The position numbers and the translations under genes are program-made. A DNA stretch of 64,000 nucleotides, from NCBI GenBank assembly GCA_903881475.1, contig CAIRTK010000028.1:6194-70193 (forward strand), in the 5' to 3' direction. Position 1 is the stretch's first letter. Every line of letters starts with the position of its first letter. Below, piece after piece: positions 26,321-35,558 of the stretch. A model generated the notes under the pieces. It ran no database searches. It saw only the letters and a program-made list of their open reading frames with translations, and had not been told where the DNA came from. This stretch comes from an uncultured Opitutia bacterium. GTDB lineage: Bacteria; Verrucomicrobiota; Verrucomicrobiia; Opitutales; Opitutaceae.

Positions 26321-28240
26321 ATGGCCAAGTCACCCCTGATTCTGCTGCTGATAGTTCTATCGATCTCAACCCCTTGCGCAGCGGCTGTGCCCTCGCCTCA
26401 GCTACCTCTGGAGTTCTTCAGTCGCGGGATTGCCGTTTCCAATGCGGAGGTCTCACCAGAAGGTAAGTATATTGCTTATCAGGCGACCTTTGAAAAAGAC
26501 ACCGCAATGGCGGTTTTGAATTTGGAAACCCACAAAACTGAGGTGCTTGAGATTCCCCTGCGTGGTGACCCAGTGCATCATTTTCTGAATGTGCATATTA
26601 CTTGGGTAAGCCCTAAGCGGGTTGTCTATAATTCACCTGGATTGGGCATGGGGGCAATGGATGCCGACGGAACCCACTACAAAGATCTAAATTGGTGGCG
26701 AAACGGCGTCATGCACTCCTTTGAGGATGCGGACTCCGGCGATATTCTGACGCCAGACTTTGCTTATTTTCCGAATATTTGGCGCCTGAGCACGCGGGTT
26801 GATGTTGGTGCGGTTGAGGGGCAATATCTTCTAAATCCTGGCGATGTTATTGGGTGGTTGGCAGATGGCGCCGGCGTAGTGCGTATTGGCATTCGCGAAA
26901 CAGCAGGAAAATACTCAGTCATCTATCGAGACAGCGAAAAGGGTGAATGGCGCGTCCTGTACGGCCTCGAGCATCTCGATTTCCATACCAACATTCTTGG
27001 CCTCAAAGGTGACGGGAAAACACTCTACCTCAGTCTGCCAACTTCCGATAATAAATCGGGTATTTATGCCTATGATATCGCGAGCCAGCACTTGGGTGAG
27101 CTAATTCTGTCCCACAAAAATTACGATATCATGCCGCCAAAGAACGCGGTTGGCTATCTGGACGGGATACCAATGCAGGGAGTCGTCTTGGCGCGATTGA
27201 GTCACCAAATACTTGGTGTTCGTTATGTCACATCGCGCCCTCATACTCTCTGGCTCGATCCGACACTAGCGACGGTGCAGGCAACCGTCGACGCAGCTTT
27301 ACCGAATCGGATAAATACCATCAGAAGTTTTAGTGATGACCTGCAGCAACTCGCGATCCTCTCATGGACCGCAAATGATCCCGGAAGATACTATCTGTTT
27401 GATTTGAAAAAGAAATCACTGAGTCCGCTCTGGTCCCGGACCCCGTGGATCAACGCAAATCAGATGGCTCCGGTGTATCCCATCCGTTATAAAACAACTG
27501 ATGGTACTATGATTGAAGGTTATCTGACTGTGCCGGCAGGCCATGAACCCAAGAATCTGCCACTGATCGTTTACCCCCATGGAGGTCCGTTCCAGCGCGA
27601 CATACTTGAATTCGATCCATTCGTTCAATTTCTCGCGAACCGCGGCTATGCGATTATTCAAAGCAATTTTCGCGGCTCAGTCGGCTATGGCGAAGACTTT
27701 AGACGCAGTGGGGTGGGCGAATTCGGTGGCAAGGTTCAGGAGGATATTGCGGATGGTGCACGTTGGGCCATCGCTCAAGGCGTGGCCGACCCGAAACGAA
27801 TCGCGATTATGGGCGGCAGTTTCGGGGGATATTGCGTCCTGATGGGTCTGATCCAGCATCCTGAACTCTACCGCTGCGGAATCGATATTGCCGGAGTCTA
27901 CGACTGGGTCGCATTGCAAAAGCACCGGACCAAGGGAACCGCCCAGTCAAGCGGCCTGATCAATGACACGGGAAATGAGGAAAAGGATGAGGCGGCCCTG
28001 AACGCAATTTCTCCGATTACTCAGGTCGACAAGATCATGGCTCCAGTATTGATCGTCCACGGCAAGGATGACGATGTTGTTCCTTACAGCCAGTCAACCG
28101 CCTTGATTGCCGAACTCGAAAAGCGGCATCGGCCATATGAAGTGCTCGTGCATAGCAACGAATTACATGGATTTCGCGGATATGAAGATGTCCATGAGCT
28201 ATTCGGCCGTATTGAAAGTTTCCTTGGAAAGCACATGTGA
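26321..28240 (+). CDS. S9 family serine peptidase (prolyl oligopeptidase / dipeptidyl-peptidase-like), secreted
   Basis: ATG at 26321 gives the signal peptide MAKSPLILLLIVLSISTPCAAA. It has an N-terminal beta-propeller-like region, the nucleophile elbow IMGGSFGGYCV, then VHGKDDDVV and NELHGF. G+C is markedly lower than in the neighbouring DNA. Confidence 0.88.
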   Translation: MAKSPLILLLIVLSISTPCAAAVPSPQLPLEFFSRGIAVSNAEVSPEGKYIAYQATFEKDTAMAVLNLETHKTEVLEIPLRGDPVHHFLNVHITWVSPKRVVYNSPGLGMGAMDADGTHYKDLNWWRNGVMHSFEDADSGDILTPDFAYFPNIWRLSTRVDVGAVEGQYLLNPGDVIGWLADGAGVVRIGIRETAGKYSVIYRDSEKGEWRVLYGLEHLDFHTNILGLKGDGKTLYLSLPTSDNKSGIYAYDIASQHLGELILSHKNYDIMPPKNAVGYLDGIPMQGVVLARLSHQILGVRYVTSRPHTLWLDPTLATVQATVDAALPNRINTIRSFSDDLQQLAILSWTANDPGRYYLFDLKKKSLSPLWSRTPWINANQMAPVYPIRYKTTDGTMIEGYLTVPAGHEPKNLPLIVYPHGGPFQRDILEFDPFVQFLANRGYAIIQSNFRGSVGYGEDFRRSGVGEFGGKVQEDIADGARWAIAQGVADPKRIAIMGGSFGGYCVLMGLIQHPELYRCGIDIAGVYDWVALQKHRTKGTAQSSGLINDTGNEEKDEAALNAISPITQVDKIMAPVLIVHGKDDDVVPYSQSTALIAELEKRHRPYEVLVHSNELHGFRGYEDVHELFGRIESFLGKHM

Positions 28241-28290
28241 CCACAGGAGCAGTCATTTCAATGCTCTCGCGATCCTAAAGGAGTCGCCGT

Positions 28291-28366
28291 TGGTGCCCCC
28301 GTCCGGAATTGAACCGGAATATGTCGTTTAGGAAACGACCGCTCTATCCATTTGAGCTACGGGGAC
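28291..28366 (-). tRNA. tRNA-Arg (anticodon CCT), CCA encoded
   Basis: The reverse complement is GTCCCCGTAGCTCAAATGGATAGAGCGGTCGTTTCCTAAACGACATATTCCGGTTCAATTCCGGACGGGGGCACCA. It folds as a cloverleaf with anticodon loop TTCCTAA. Confidence 0.9.
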
Positions 28367-28487
28367 GGGACGACGCGCGGGCCTTGCCTGATACCCGCAC
28401 TTCGAGGCCTTTTCCCAAAGCAGAGTTTCGCCGGGCTGTCCCTTTCAAAATTTGCCGGATCGGGCTCACTCCTTCAAGGCATCGGGA

Positions 28488-28668
28488 TTTTTAACCACGG
28501 ACTGCAAGGATTCGATCCGGATAAAACCATTCAAACCGGGTCCGCTCATCTTCGCTCATTTCCACTAATCCGGATGAGTGAAAATTAGTGTTCATTCGTG
28601 GTTAAATGCCTTCGGAGTCAGGGTTCGAAATTCCCCATCCGTGCCATCCGTGAAATCCGTAGTTAAAC
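28488..28668. repeat. Three family A (ATCCGTG / CCACGGAT) repeat units in mixed orientation
   Basis: TTTTTAACCACGGACTGCAAGGATTCGATCCGGATAAAACC lies at 28488-28528, ...GTTCATTCGTGGTTAAATGCC at about 28590-28610 and CCATCCGTGCCATCCGTGAAATCCGTAGTTAAAC at 28635-28668. Confidence 0.8.
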
Positions 28669-28762
28669 TTCCGTCGATCGGCTCATCCGGAGGATTCGCC
28701 CTACCCCGGGCCATGGGACCATAGGGCTTGTGCCCGGACCCGGTTCCCCAAAAAGTGACCCC

Positions 28763-30421
28763 ATGTTCAGTACTGTCCTGCCCGTCGCTGCGGTGGCTTT
28801 GCTGCTGAGCATGACGTGCTGGAGTGTGGGCTCCGCCCTCGTGTCCTCGGAGAGTCCCCTCGTCGGCATGCTCTGCGGCTGGTGCTGTTTCCTGCTGCTC
28901 TGCGCCATCCCGTGGGTCGCCGGGCTGTCGGCCGCCGCGGTGCGGCCCGGCCTCTGGCTTTTCTTTGCCGCCGGGATTGTCGCCACCGTCCGCGGCCGGC
29001 GCTGGCGGGAATTCCTCTGCGCCGCGGTCTGCACCGCCGCCATGACCGCCCTGCTCTGCGCGCCGTTCCTGCGGTTTCCTGGGTTGCTGGCGTACGGGGC
29101 CCACGGCCTGGACATGTGGGGCTATGTCTCGACCGCGGACTGGCTGCAGGATCATTCCATCCGCACCCTGCCGGAGATCGGGTTCTCGCCCATGCGGTTC
29201 AACTGGACCTGGCATGTCCTGCTCACGCGGGAACGCCCGCTGATCTACGAGTCGCTGGCGTGCCTGGGCTCCGGCACCGCGCTGATCCCCACGCAGGCCT
29301 ACCTCGCCTACCCCGTCGCCCTGCTGTCCAGCCTCGCCATGGCCCTCAGCCGCGAGCCGCGCGTGTTTCAGCTGAAGCACTGGTCCCTCGCCCTGCTTCC
29401 GGCCATCGTCCTCTGTTTCCATCCGCTGATCATCCTGCCGTGGATCGCCGGGTTTTTCGGCGGTTCAATCACCGCCCTGTTCACGGCCCTGGCCTTCGCG
29501 GGCGCCGTCGCGGCCCGGGAAGGACGCGAGCGGACCGAAGCGCTGGCGCTGGCCGCGCTGATGCTCGGTTTCTGCGCCGGCCTCTATAGCTTGAAATTCC
29601 TCTACGTCGCCCTGCTCGTCGGCGGCGTCCCGCTGCTCGCGCCCGGGGTCGCCCTGCTGCTGCGGCACGACTTCGGGCCGCTGCGGACCGCCCGGCCCGG
29701 CTGGCTGGCCGTCACGACCCTCGCCGTCTTCGCGGCTCTGACGGTTGCCCTAGTCATGCTGGGCCGGGACCAGAAGGTGGACACCGGCCTTGAGCAGCTG
29801 CCGACGACGGCGGCGGGGCATTTCCTGGGAATTTTCGGCGGCTCCAGTCCCTACTACTGGCTGGGCTATGCGCCGGGCGGACCGTTCGACCGCAGTGCCT
29901 GGCACAACCCCGTCGGGCTGGCCGCGCTGCTTGTCATGACAACCCTGTTCATCCTCGTGACGCGCGCCCGCTGGAGGGCCGATCGCGACATCCGGCTGCC
30001 CCTGCTCGCCATCCTGTGCGCGGGGCTCGTCGCGCAGACTGCGGGCGATGAACTGATCATGGCGAAGGCGCTGGCGGTCTTCGGGTTCACCCTGCTGATC
30101 GTGCTCGCGGCGATTTCCACCGAGTTGCGGCATCGGGCGCTGGGGCTGACCGCCTTGGTCATCTGCTGCCTGCCCGTCCTGCGCACCGTCCGGGAAATGA
30201 AGCAGTTCGTCTACGACCCCTATATCACCTGCACCGAGGAGAACGTCGCCGACGTGCGCGATGGCCAGGACTGGCGGATCATGAGCTACCTGCACTTTCA
30301 GGAAGAGCGCGCCGGGATCGACTGGGCACGCTATCCCCGCAGCTATTACTCGTTGACCCAGTTCCTGCCCATCGCGCTCAAGCAGCAGCTCGCGCAGAAA
30401 TACCACATGCCGCCGCCGTGA
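28763..30421 (+). CDS. Large polytopic membrane protein, function unknown (GT-C-like glycosyltransferase architecture is a guess)
   Basis: About 552 aa from MFSTVLPVAAVALLLS. There are at least 12 hydrophobic segments and a soluble ~70-aa C-terminus. No diagnostic motif was recognised. Confidence 0.6.
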   Translation: MFSTVLPVAAVALLLSMTCWSVGSALVSSESPLVGMLCGWCCFLLLCAIPWVAGLSAAAVRPGLWLFFAAGIVATVRGRRWREFLCAAVCTAAMTALLCAPFLRFPGLLAYGAHGLDMWGYVSTADWLQDHSIRTLPEIGFSPMRFNWTWHVLLTRERPLIYESLACLGSGTALIPTQAYLAYPVALLSSLAMALSREPRVFQLKHWSLALLPAIVLCFHPLIILPWIAGFFGGSITALFTALAFAGAVAAREGRERTEALALAALMLGFCAGLYSLKFLYVALLVGGVPLLAPGVALLLRHDFGPLRTARPGWLAVTTLAVFAALTVALVMLGRDQKVDTGLEQLPTTAAGHFLGIFGGSSPYYWLGYAPGGPFDRSAWHNPVGLAALLVMTTLFILVTRARWRADRDIRLPLLAILCAGLVAQTAGDELIMAKALAVFGFTLLIVLAAISTELRHRALGLTALVICCLPVLRTVREMKQFVYDPYITCTEENVADVRDGQDWRIMSYLHFQEERAGIDWARYPRSYYSLTQFLPIALKQQLAQKYHMPPP

Positions 30422-30529
30422 AAGCCCATGGCCGATCGCCAAAACGCCTCCCAAACCGACCTTTTCCCTCCCAAAATCACAGATTGACAAGCCCGGCTCC
30501 AAATCCACTGTCTGCCCTCCCTTTCCGCC

Positions 30530-30724
30530 ATGAGCACCACCGAAACGACCCAACAGACCCTCACGCCCGCCGAGATCCCGTTCACGACCCCCTTGGTCAT
30601 GAAGAACTTCGTCACCGACACGGGCAAGATCCTGCCACGCAAGTACACCCATCTGACCGCGAAGCACCAGCGCGCCATCACCAAGACGATCAAGCACTCG
30701 CGCAACATGCTGCTCGCGCAGTAA
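30530..30724 (+). CDS. rpsR: 30S ribosomal protein S18
   Basis: ...KNFVTDTGKILPRKYTHLTAKHQRAITKTIKHSRNMLL matches the S18 core (GKI.PRR.TG..AK.QR.L..AIK.AR). Confidence 0.88.
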   Translation: MSTTETTQQTLTPAEIPFTTPLVMKNFVTDTGKILPRKYTHLTAKHQRAITKTIKHSRNMLLAQ

Positions 30725-30751
30725 CGGTTGCGATTGCCTGACATCCCTTTC

Positions 30752-30780
30752 GGCCGGAGTCTTTGGCTCCGGCCTTTTTT
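30752..30780 (+). terminator. Rho-independent terminator after rpsR
   Basis: GGCCGGAG-TCTT-TGGCTCCGGCC is followed by TTTTTT. Confidence 0.7.
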
Positions 30781-30785
30781 GTGCC

Positions 30786-31784
30786 ATGACGGCCCCGTCT
30801 TCCGCCCGTATCTACCGCGGCACCCCGCGTAATCTCGCCCGGCTCGCGCGCCTGCTCCGGGCGGGCGAACTCGTCGCCGTGCCGACCGAGACGGTTTACG
30901 GCCTCGCGGCCAACGCCCTCGATGCCCGGGCCTGCGCGAGGATTTTCACGGCCAAGGGTCGCCCCGCCAGCGACCCGCTCATCGTCCATATCCATTCGCT
31001 CGCCCAGTTGGCGGAGGTCGCCGAGCCCAACGCCGCGGCCCTGCGCCTCGCGGCCAAATTCTGGCCCGGCGCGCTGACCCTGGTCCTGCCGAAAAAGGCG
31101 GCCGTGCCCGGCATCGTGTCCGCCGGCCTGCCGAGCGTGGCCGTGCGCATGCCCAGCCATCCGCTGTTCCGCCGCCTGCTCAAACTCGCCGGCGTGCCTC
31201 TCGCCGCGCCCAGCGCCAATCCGTTCGGCTACGTCAGCCCGACGTCCGCCGCGCATGTCCGCGCCGGGCTCGGGAAGAAAATCCGCCACATCCTCGACGG
31301 CGGCCCGTGCACCATCGGCTTGGAATCCACCATCGTGGACCTGCGCCATCCGCGCGCGCCGCGCCTGCTTCGGCCCGGCGCCGTGACGCAGGCCCAGCTC
31401 GAGCGCGTCCTCGGCCGGCCGGTGCGCCCCGCCGGCCAGGCCGCCGCCAAGCCGGCGGCCGCCCAACTGGCGCCGGGTCTGCTCGCCCGGCACTACAGCC
31501 CGCGCACCCCGGTCGTGCTGCATCAGAAGCTTTCAACCACCGCAGCCAGGCGCGGTCCGGTCGATGAGGCCTGGGTTTTCCTGGCGAAGCCCCGCACCCT
31601 CACGGCCAAAAACATCTTCTGGCTCGACGCGCAGGGCCGGCTGCCAGGCGTCGCGCGGCGGCTGTTTCATGTGCTCCGCCTGCTCGACGGAATGAAATTC
31701 ACGCGCCTGCATGTCGAACTCGCGCCCGGCGCGGGCCTCGCCACCGCGATCAACGACCGCCTGCGTCGCGCGGCGGCGAAGTAG
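30786..31784 (+). CDS. tsaC: L-threonylcarbamoyladenylate synthase (Sua5/YrdC long form)
   Basis: The YrdC motif is VAVPTETVYGLAANALDARACARIFTAKGRPASDPLIVHI, followed by ...SANPFGYVSPT. A C-terminal Sua5 domain is present. 332 aa. Confidence 0.9.
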   Translation: MTAPSSARIYRGTPRNLARLARLLRAGELVAVPTETVYGLAANALDARACARIFTAKGRPASDPLIVHIHSLAQLAEVAEPNAAALRLAAKFWPGALTLVLPKKAAVPGIVSAGLPSVAVRMPSHPLFRRLLKLAGVPLAAPSANPFGYVSPTSAAHVRAGLGKKIRHILDGGPCTIGLESTIVDLRHPRAPRLLRPGAVTQAQLERVLGRPVRPAGQAAAKPAAAQLAPGLLARHYSPRTPVVLHQKLSTTAARRGPVDEAWVFLAKPRTLTAKNIFWLDAQGRLPGVARRLFHVLRLLDGMKFTRLHVELAPGAGLATAINDRLRRAAAK

Positions 31785-31902
31785 CGCAGGCCTTCTGACC
31801 CGGGTGGAACGCGTTGCCCCCAACGCGTTGGTTTGAAATGCGGAGCGGAAAGCGTCTTGAGGGCAAGCCGCCTCCACCCCGGAAGCCGGCAGGATGCCTG
31901 CG

Positions 31903-32993
31903 CTACACGAGCGCCGACTTCAGCTCCGCCAGCAGCCGCTCGTTCTGCGCCCGCGAGCCGACCGTGATGCGCAGCCACTCCGGCATCCCGTAGGATTTCA
32001 TCGGCCGGACGATCACCCCGCGGCGCTGCAGCGCGTCGAAGACGCGCGCGCCATCCCCGACCTTCACCATGATGAAATTGGCCACGCTCGGCACGAACTC
32101 GCGCGCCAGCGCCCGGAAGCCGGCCTCCAGCTGCTGCAGCCCGGCGCGGTTTTCCCGGATGCATTTCTCGGTGAACTCCCGGTCGTCGAGCGCCGCCAGG
32201 GCCGCCGCCTGGCCGATCGCATTCACGTTGAACGGCTGCCGCACGCGGTTGAGCAGCGCGATGATGTCCGCGCCCGCATAGCCGTAGCCCACGCGCAGCG
32301 ACGCGAGCCCGTAGATCTTGGAAAACGTCCGCAGGCAGACGACCTTCCGGCCCTCGCGGATGAGCGGCCGCAGGTCCGGCGCCGGCTCGACGTACTCCGC
32401 GTACGCCTCGTCGAAGACCGCCACGACGTGGTCCGGCAGCGCCCGCGCAAACGCCAGCATGTCCGCCTCCGCATTGGCGTGCCCGTGGGATTGTTCGGAC
32501 TGCAGACATACACCAGCCGGGTGCGCGGCGTGATGGCCGCCGCGATGTGGCCGAGATCGTGGCGGTAGTTCACCAGCGGCACCTCGATCGCCTTCGCCCC
32601 GAACACGAGCGTGACCAGCTTGTAGACGACAAACGCCGGCGCCGCCATGACGACCTCGTCGCCAGGCCGCAGCAGCGCATGGCCGAGCAACTCGATGATC
32701 TCGTTCGAGCCGTTGCCCACGATGAACTGGTCCGCGCCGAGCCCTTTGATCTCCGCCAGCTTCTGCCGCAGCGCAAAGCACCCGCCGTCCGGGTAAAGCT
32801 CCCCCTGCGTCAGCGCCTGCTGCGCCGCCGCCAGCGCGCGCGGCGAGGGCCCGAACGGGTTTTCATTCGAGGCCAGCTTGATGATGCCCGCCGGGTCGAG
32901 CCCGAGCTCGCGCGCGACATCCTCAATCGGCTTGCCGGGCTCATAGACCGGCTGCGTCAGCACCACGGGATTGACCAGAGACTCGAACTTCAT
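31903..32993 (-). pseudogene. hisC: Histidinol-phosphate aminotransferase interrupted by a 1-nt frameshift (or assembly error)
   Basis: The N-terminal ORF 32223..32993 reads ...KLASNENPFGPSP...LVYVCSPNNPTGT and then turns to nonsense. The C-terminal ORF 31903..32781 is in another frame and reads ANAEADMLAF...VFDEAYAEY...RTFSKIYGLASLRVGYGY.... The two frames join at CCCACGGGCACGCCAATGCG (32472-32489) if one base is added after GGCAC. Confidence 0.85.
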
Positions 32994-33209
32994 CCTGCCA
33001 TGAGAACAGAATTCACCGTGCCCGCGAACTCACAATTTTGGCCAAGCTCGAAGGTCGAAACCCGAAATCCGAAGGAAATCCCCATGGGCTGGAACGCCTA
33101 ATTCCCAAAGCGATCTGTTCCTCCTGACTTGGAGCTTTCCGAGTGGATTCCTCCGGCCTTCCCTCGAATTTCGGATTTCAACCTTGGAATTTCCCGACAA
33201 AGTCGGGGA

Positions 33210-33800
33210 TTAAATCCGGCTCGGCACCCGCACGACCTGCATCCCCGCCGCCAGTGCACCCTTGATCCCCGGCTCGGCATCCTCGAACACGAGGCAGCGG
33301 CCGGGCGTCACGCCCAGCTGCTCGGCCGCCAGCAAAAACATGTCCGGCGACGGCTTGCCGTGCACCACGTCGTCCGCCGTCACCACCGCGCGGAACAGCG
33401 GGGCAAGGCCCGTGATCTCGAGCGAACGGCTCACAATCACGCGCGGACCGCCCGAGGCGATCGCCAGCGGATGCGTCGCATGCATCCGGCGGGCAAACGA
33501 CACGACCGGCTCGATCAGGCGCGCCTCGGCCTGCAGTTCGGTGAAGAAAGCCTCCTTGGTATGAAACACATGGTCCGGGTCGAGTTTCAGCCCGTAGTGT
33601 TCGCCAAACAGCTCAGCCACCCGGCGGGTCGGCACGCCGCCCAGCGCGTAAAAATAATCCTCGTCCAGCGCATGCGGCAGCCCGGCGGCCCGCATCGCCC
33701 GGTCCCACGCCCGGTAGTGCAGCGGCATCGTGTCGATCAGCGTGCCATCGAGGTCAAAGATGTAGCCGTCAAAATCACCAGCGGGAATGTCGAGTTGCAT
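33210..33800 (-). CDS. HAD-superfamily hydrolase (beta-phosphoglucomutase-like subfamily IA)
   Basis: Motif I is YIFDLDGTLIDT, followed by ...IASGG, then ...HGKPSPDMF and ...VFEDAEPGIKGALAAGM. Confidence 0.85.
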   Translation of the reverse strand: MQLDIPAGDFDGYIFDLDGTLIDTMPLHYRAWDRAMRAAGLPHALDEDYFYALGGVPTRRVAELFGEHYGLKLDPDHVFHTKEAFFTELQAEARLIEPVVSFARRMHATHPLAIASGGPRVIVSRSLEITGLAPLFRAVVTADDVVHGKPSPDMFLLAAEQLGVTPGRCLVFEDAEPGIKGALAAGMQVVRVPSRI

Positions 33801-33818
33801 GGAGGCGCGTGGCGCGAA

Positions 33819-33906
33819 GCTGGGAGTTGGAAGATGGGAGATGGAAACTCAAGCTCCTTAGCCTGCCGGCTAAAACGGCTTCTCCATCTCCCAACTTCCA
33901 ACTCCC
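33819..33906. repeat. 24-bp inverted repeat (GGGAGTTGGAAGATGGGAGATGGA / TCCATCTCCCAACTTCCAACTCCC), family D
   Basis: The arms lie within 33819-33847 and 33880-33906 and carry one mismatch. A related GGGAGATGGAA/TTCCATCTCCC pair lies at 13816-13878, between gspE and gspF. Confidence 0.85.
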
Positions 33907-33932
33907 GGTTTCTACCGGCCCAAGGAGCGCGG

Positions 33933-34490
33933 CTACCGCCCCGCCACCGCGCTCCGCCGCTCGAGCAACAGCGTGTCGCGCCACTCCCCCGCCCGCGGGC
34001 CATGGGTCATCTTCCCCACCCGCTCGCGACGCCCCACAGTCCGGAAGCCGTGCCGCGCATGCAGCGCCAGGCTGGCGGCGTTTTCCGGGAAAATTCCCGC
34101 CTGCAGCGTCCAGATCCCGGCCGCTTCCGTGCGGGCGATCAACTCACTCATCAGCGCCGAGCCGACCCCGCGCCCGCGCGCGGCGGCGGCCACATACAGG
34201 CTGACCTCCGCCACGCCGGCATAGACACAGCGGTCCGAAACAGATGCCACCGTCGCCCAGCCCACCACCCCTCCCGGGTGTGGTTGCCCTGAGCCGGCCG
34301 AAGGGCCGGCTTCATCGCGGGCCACCAGCGCGCAGGCCATAACTTTTCCTTCGGCAAAATCCGCAAAACTATCCGGCGGAGCGCCGGCAAACGTCGCATG
34401 CCCCGTCGCAATCCCCTCGCCATAGATTACCGCCACCGCCGGCCAGTCCGCCGCGGTCATCGTCGTGATCCGAATTTCAGCTGGGCCCAT
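33933..34490 (-). CDS. arsN1: GNAT N-acetyltransferase of the phosphinothricin/arsinothricin acetyltransferase type (PAT/ArsN1-like)
   Basis: IRITTMTAADWPAVAVIYGEGIATGHATF...YVAAAARGRGVGSALM...ENAASLALHARHGFR.VG...GEWRDTLLLER resembles PAT. It is the last gene of an ars operon. Confidence 0.75.
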   Translation of the reverse strand: MGPAEIRITTMTAADWPAVAVIYGEGIATGHATFAGAPPDSFADFAEGKVMACALVARDEAGPSAGSGQPHPGGVVGWATVASVSDRCVYAGVAEVSLYVAAAARGRGVGSALMSELIARTEAAGIWTLQAGIFPENAASLALHARHGFRTVGRRERVGKMTHGPRAGEWRDTLLLERRSAVAGR

Positions 34491-34496
34491 GGGACG

Positions 34497-35552
34497 TTAC
34501 GCTGCACGCCCCAGCCGCCGTTTCCAAGCCAGTGCTACGCTGACCAGGCCGATGAGCGCCGGCACCTCCACCAGCGGACCCACCACGGCCGCAAAGGCCG
34601 CCCCCGATGCGAGCCCGAACACCCCCACGGCCACCGCGATCGCCAGCTCGAAATTGTTGCCCGCCGCGGTGAAGGCCAGCGTGGCCGCCCGCTCATAATC
34701 CGTGCCCGCCCGGAGGCTCATCCAGAACGTCGCGAAGAACATGAGCGCAAAATAAACCACCAGCGGCACCGCGATCCGCAAGACATCCAGCGGGATCCGC
34801 AGCACGGTGTCGCCCTTCAGGCTGAACATCACGAAGATCGTGAACAGCAGCGCCGCCAGGGTGAACGGGCTGATGGCCGGGAGAAATTTGCCGTCGTACC
34901 ACGTCACCCGCTTCCCGCGCCGGAGGGTAAACCGGGTCAGCCATCCGGCGAGGAACGGAACCCCGAGGTAGATGAACACACTCCGCGCCACGCTCAGGAT
35001 CGTGATGCTCGACAAGTCGAGCGCGCCGGTCTGCACACCCACCAGCGGCGGCAACACCCGCAGAAACAGCCAGGCAAGCGGCGCGTAAAAGAATACCTGG
35101 AAAAGCGCGTTGAACGCCACGAGGCCCGCGCAGTACTCCCGGCTCCCGCCCGCGAGGTCGTTCCAGACGATCACCATCGCGATGCAGCGGGCCAGGCCGA
35201 TCATCACCAGCCCCGCAAAATACTCCGGCCGGTCACGCAGGAACAGGACCGCCAGCCCGAACATCAGCACCGGCCCAACCAGCCAGTTTTGCACCAAAGA
35301 GAGCGCTAACACTTTCCGGTCCCGGAACACGTCACGCAGCTCTTCGTAACGCACTTTCGCCAGCGGCGGATACATCATCACGATCAGCCCGATCGCGATC
35401 GGCACTGAAGTCGTCCCGATGCTCCAAGCGGTGAGGGCCTGCGGAATCGCGGGCAGATACCGCCCGGCCAGCACGCCGGCAGCCATCGCGAGAAAGATCC
35501 AGGCGGTGAGGTAGCGGTCGAGAAACGAGAGGCGGGAGGAGACGGAGTTCAT
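34497..35552 (-). CDS. acr3: Arsenite efflux permease, ACR3 family
   Basis: [23 protein letters not shown]...[19 protein letters not shown]...C-containing TM (LARCIAMV). 351 aa. Confidence 0.92.
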   Translation of the reverse strand: MNSVSSRLSFLDRYLTAWIFLAMAAGVLAGRYLPAIPQALTAWSIGTTSVPIAIGLIVMMYPPLAKVRYEELRDVFRDRKVLALSLVQNWLVGPVLMFGLAVLFLRDRPEYFAGLVMIGLARCIAMVIVWNDLAGGSREYCAGLVAFNALFQVFFYAPLAWLFLRVLPPLVGVQTGALDLSSITILSVARSVFIYLGVPFLAGWLTRFTLRRGKRVTWYDGKFLPAISPFTLAALLFTIFVMFSLKGDTVLRIPLDVLRIAVPLVVYFALMFFATFWMSLRAGTDYERAATLAFTAAGNNFELAIAVAVGVFGLASGAAFAAVVGPLVEVPALIGLVSVALAWKRRLGRAA

Positions 35553-35558
35553 CAGAGG

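Noticed and set aside
28488-28668. Possible CRISPR array or other regularly spaced repeat next to tRNA-Arg.
   Set aside because: The units are in mixed orientation, imperfect and irregularly spaced. The same family occurs singly at distant intergenic sites, and no cas genes are present. They behave as REP-like elements, not as a CRISPR array.
30530-30724. Stand-alone rpsR, lacking the usual rpsF-ssb-rpsR-rplI context, as an alternative zinc-independent S18 paralog.
   Set aside because: The protein has an ordinary S18 core. I cannot tell from this window whether a second copy exists, and gene order for this operon varies between phyla. The evidence is insufficient to call it unusual.
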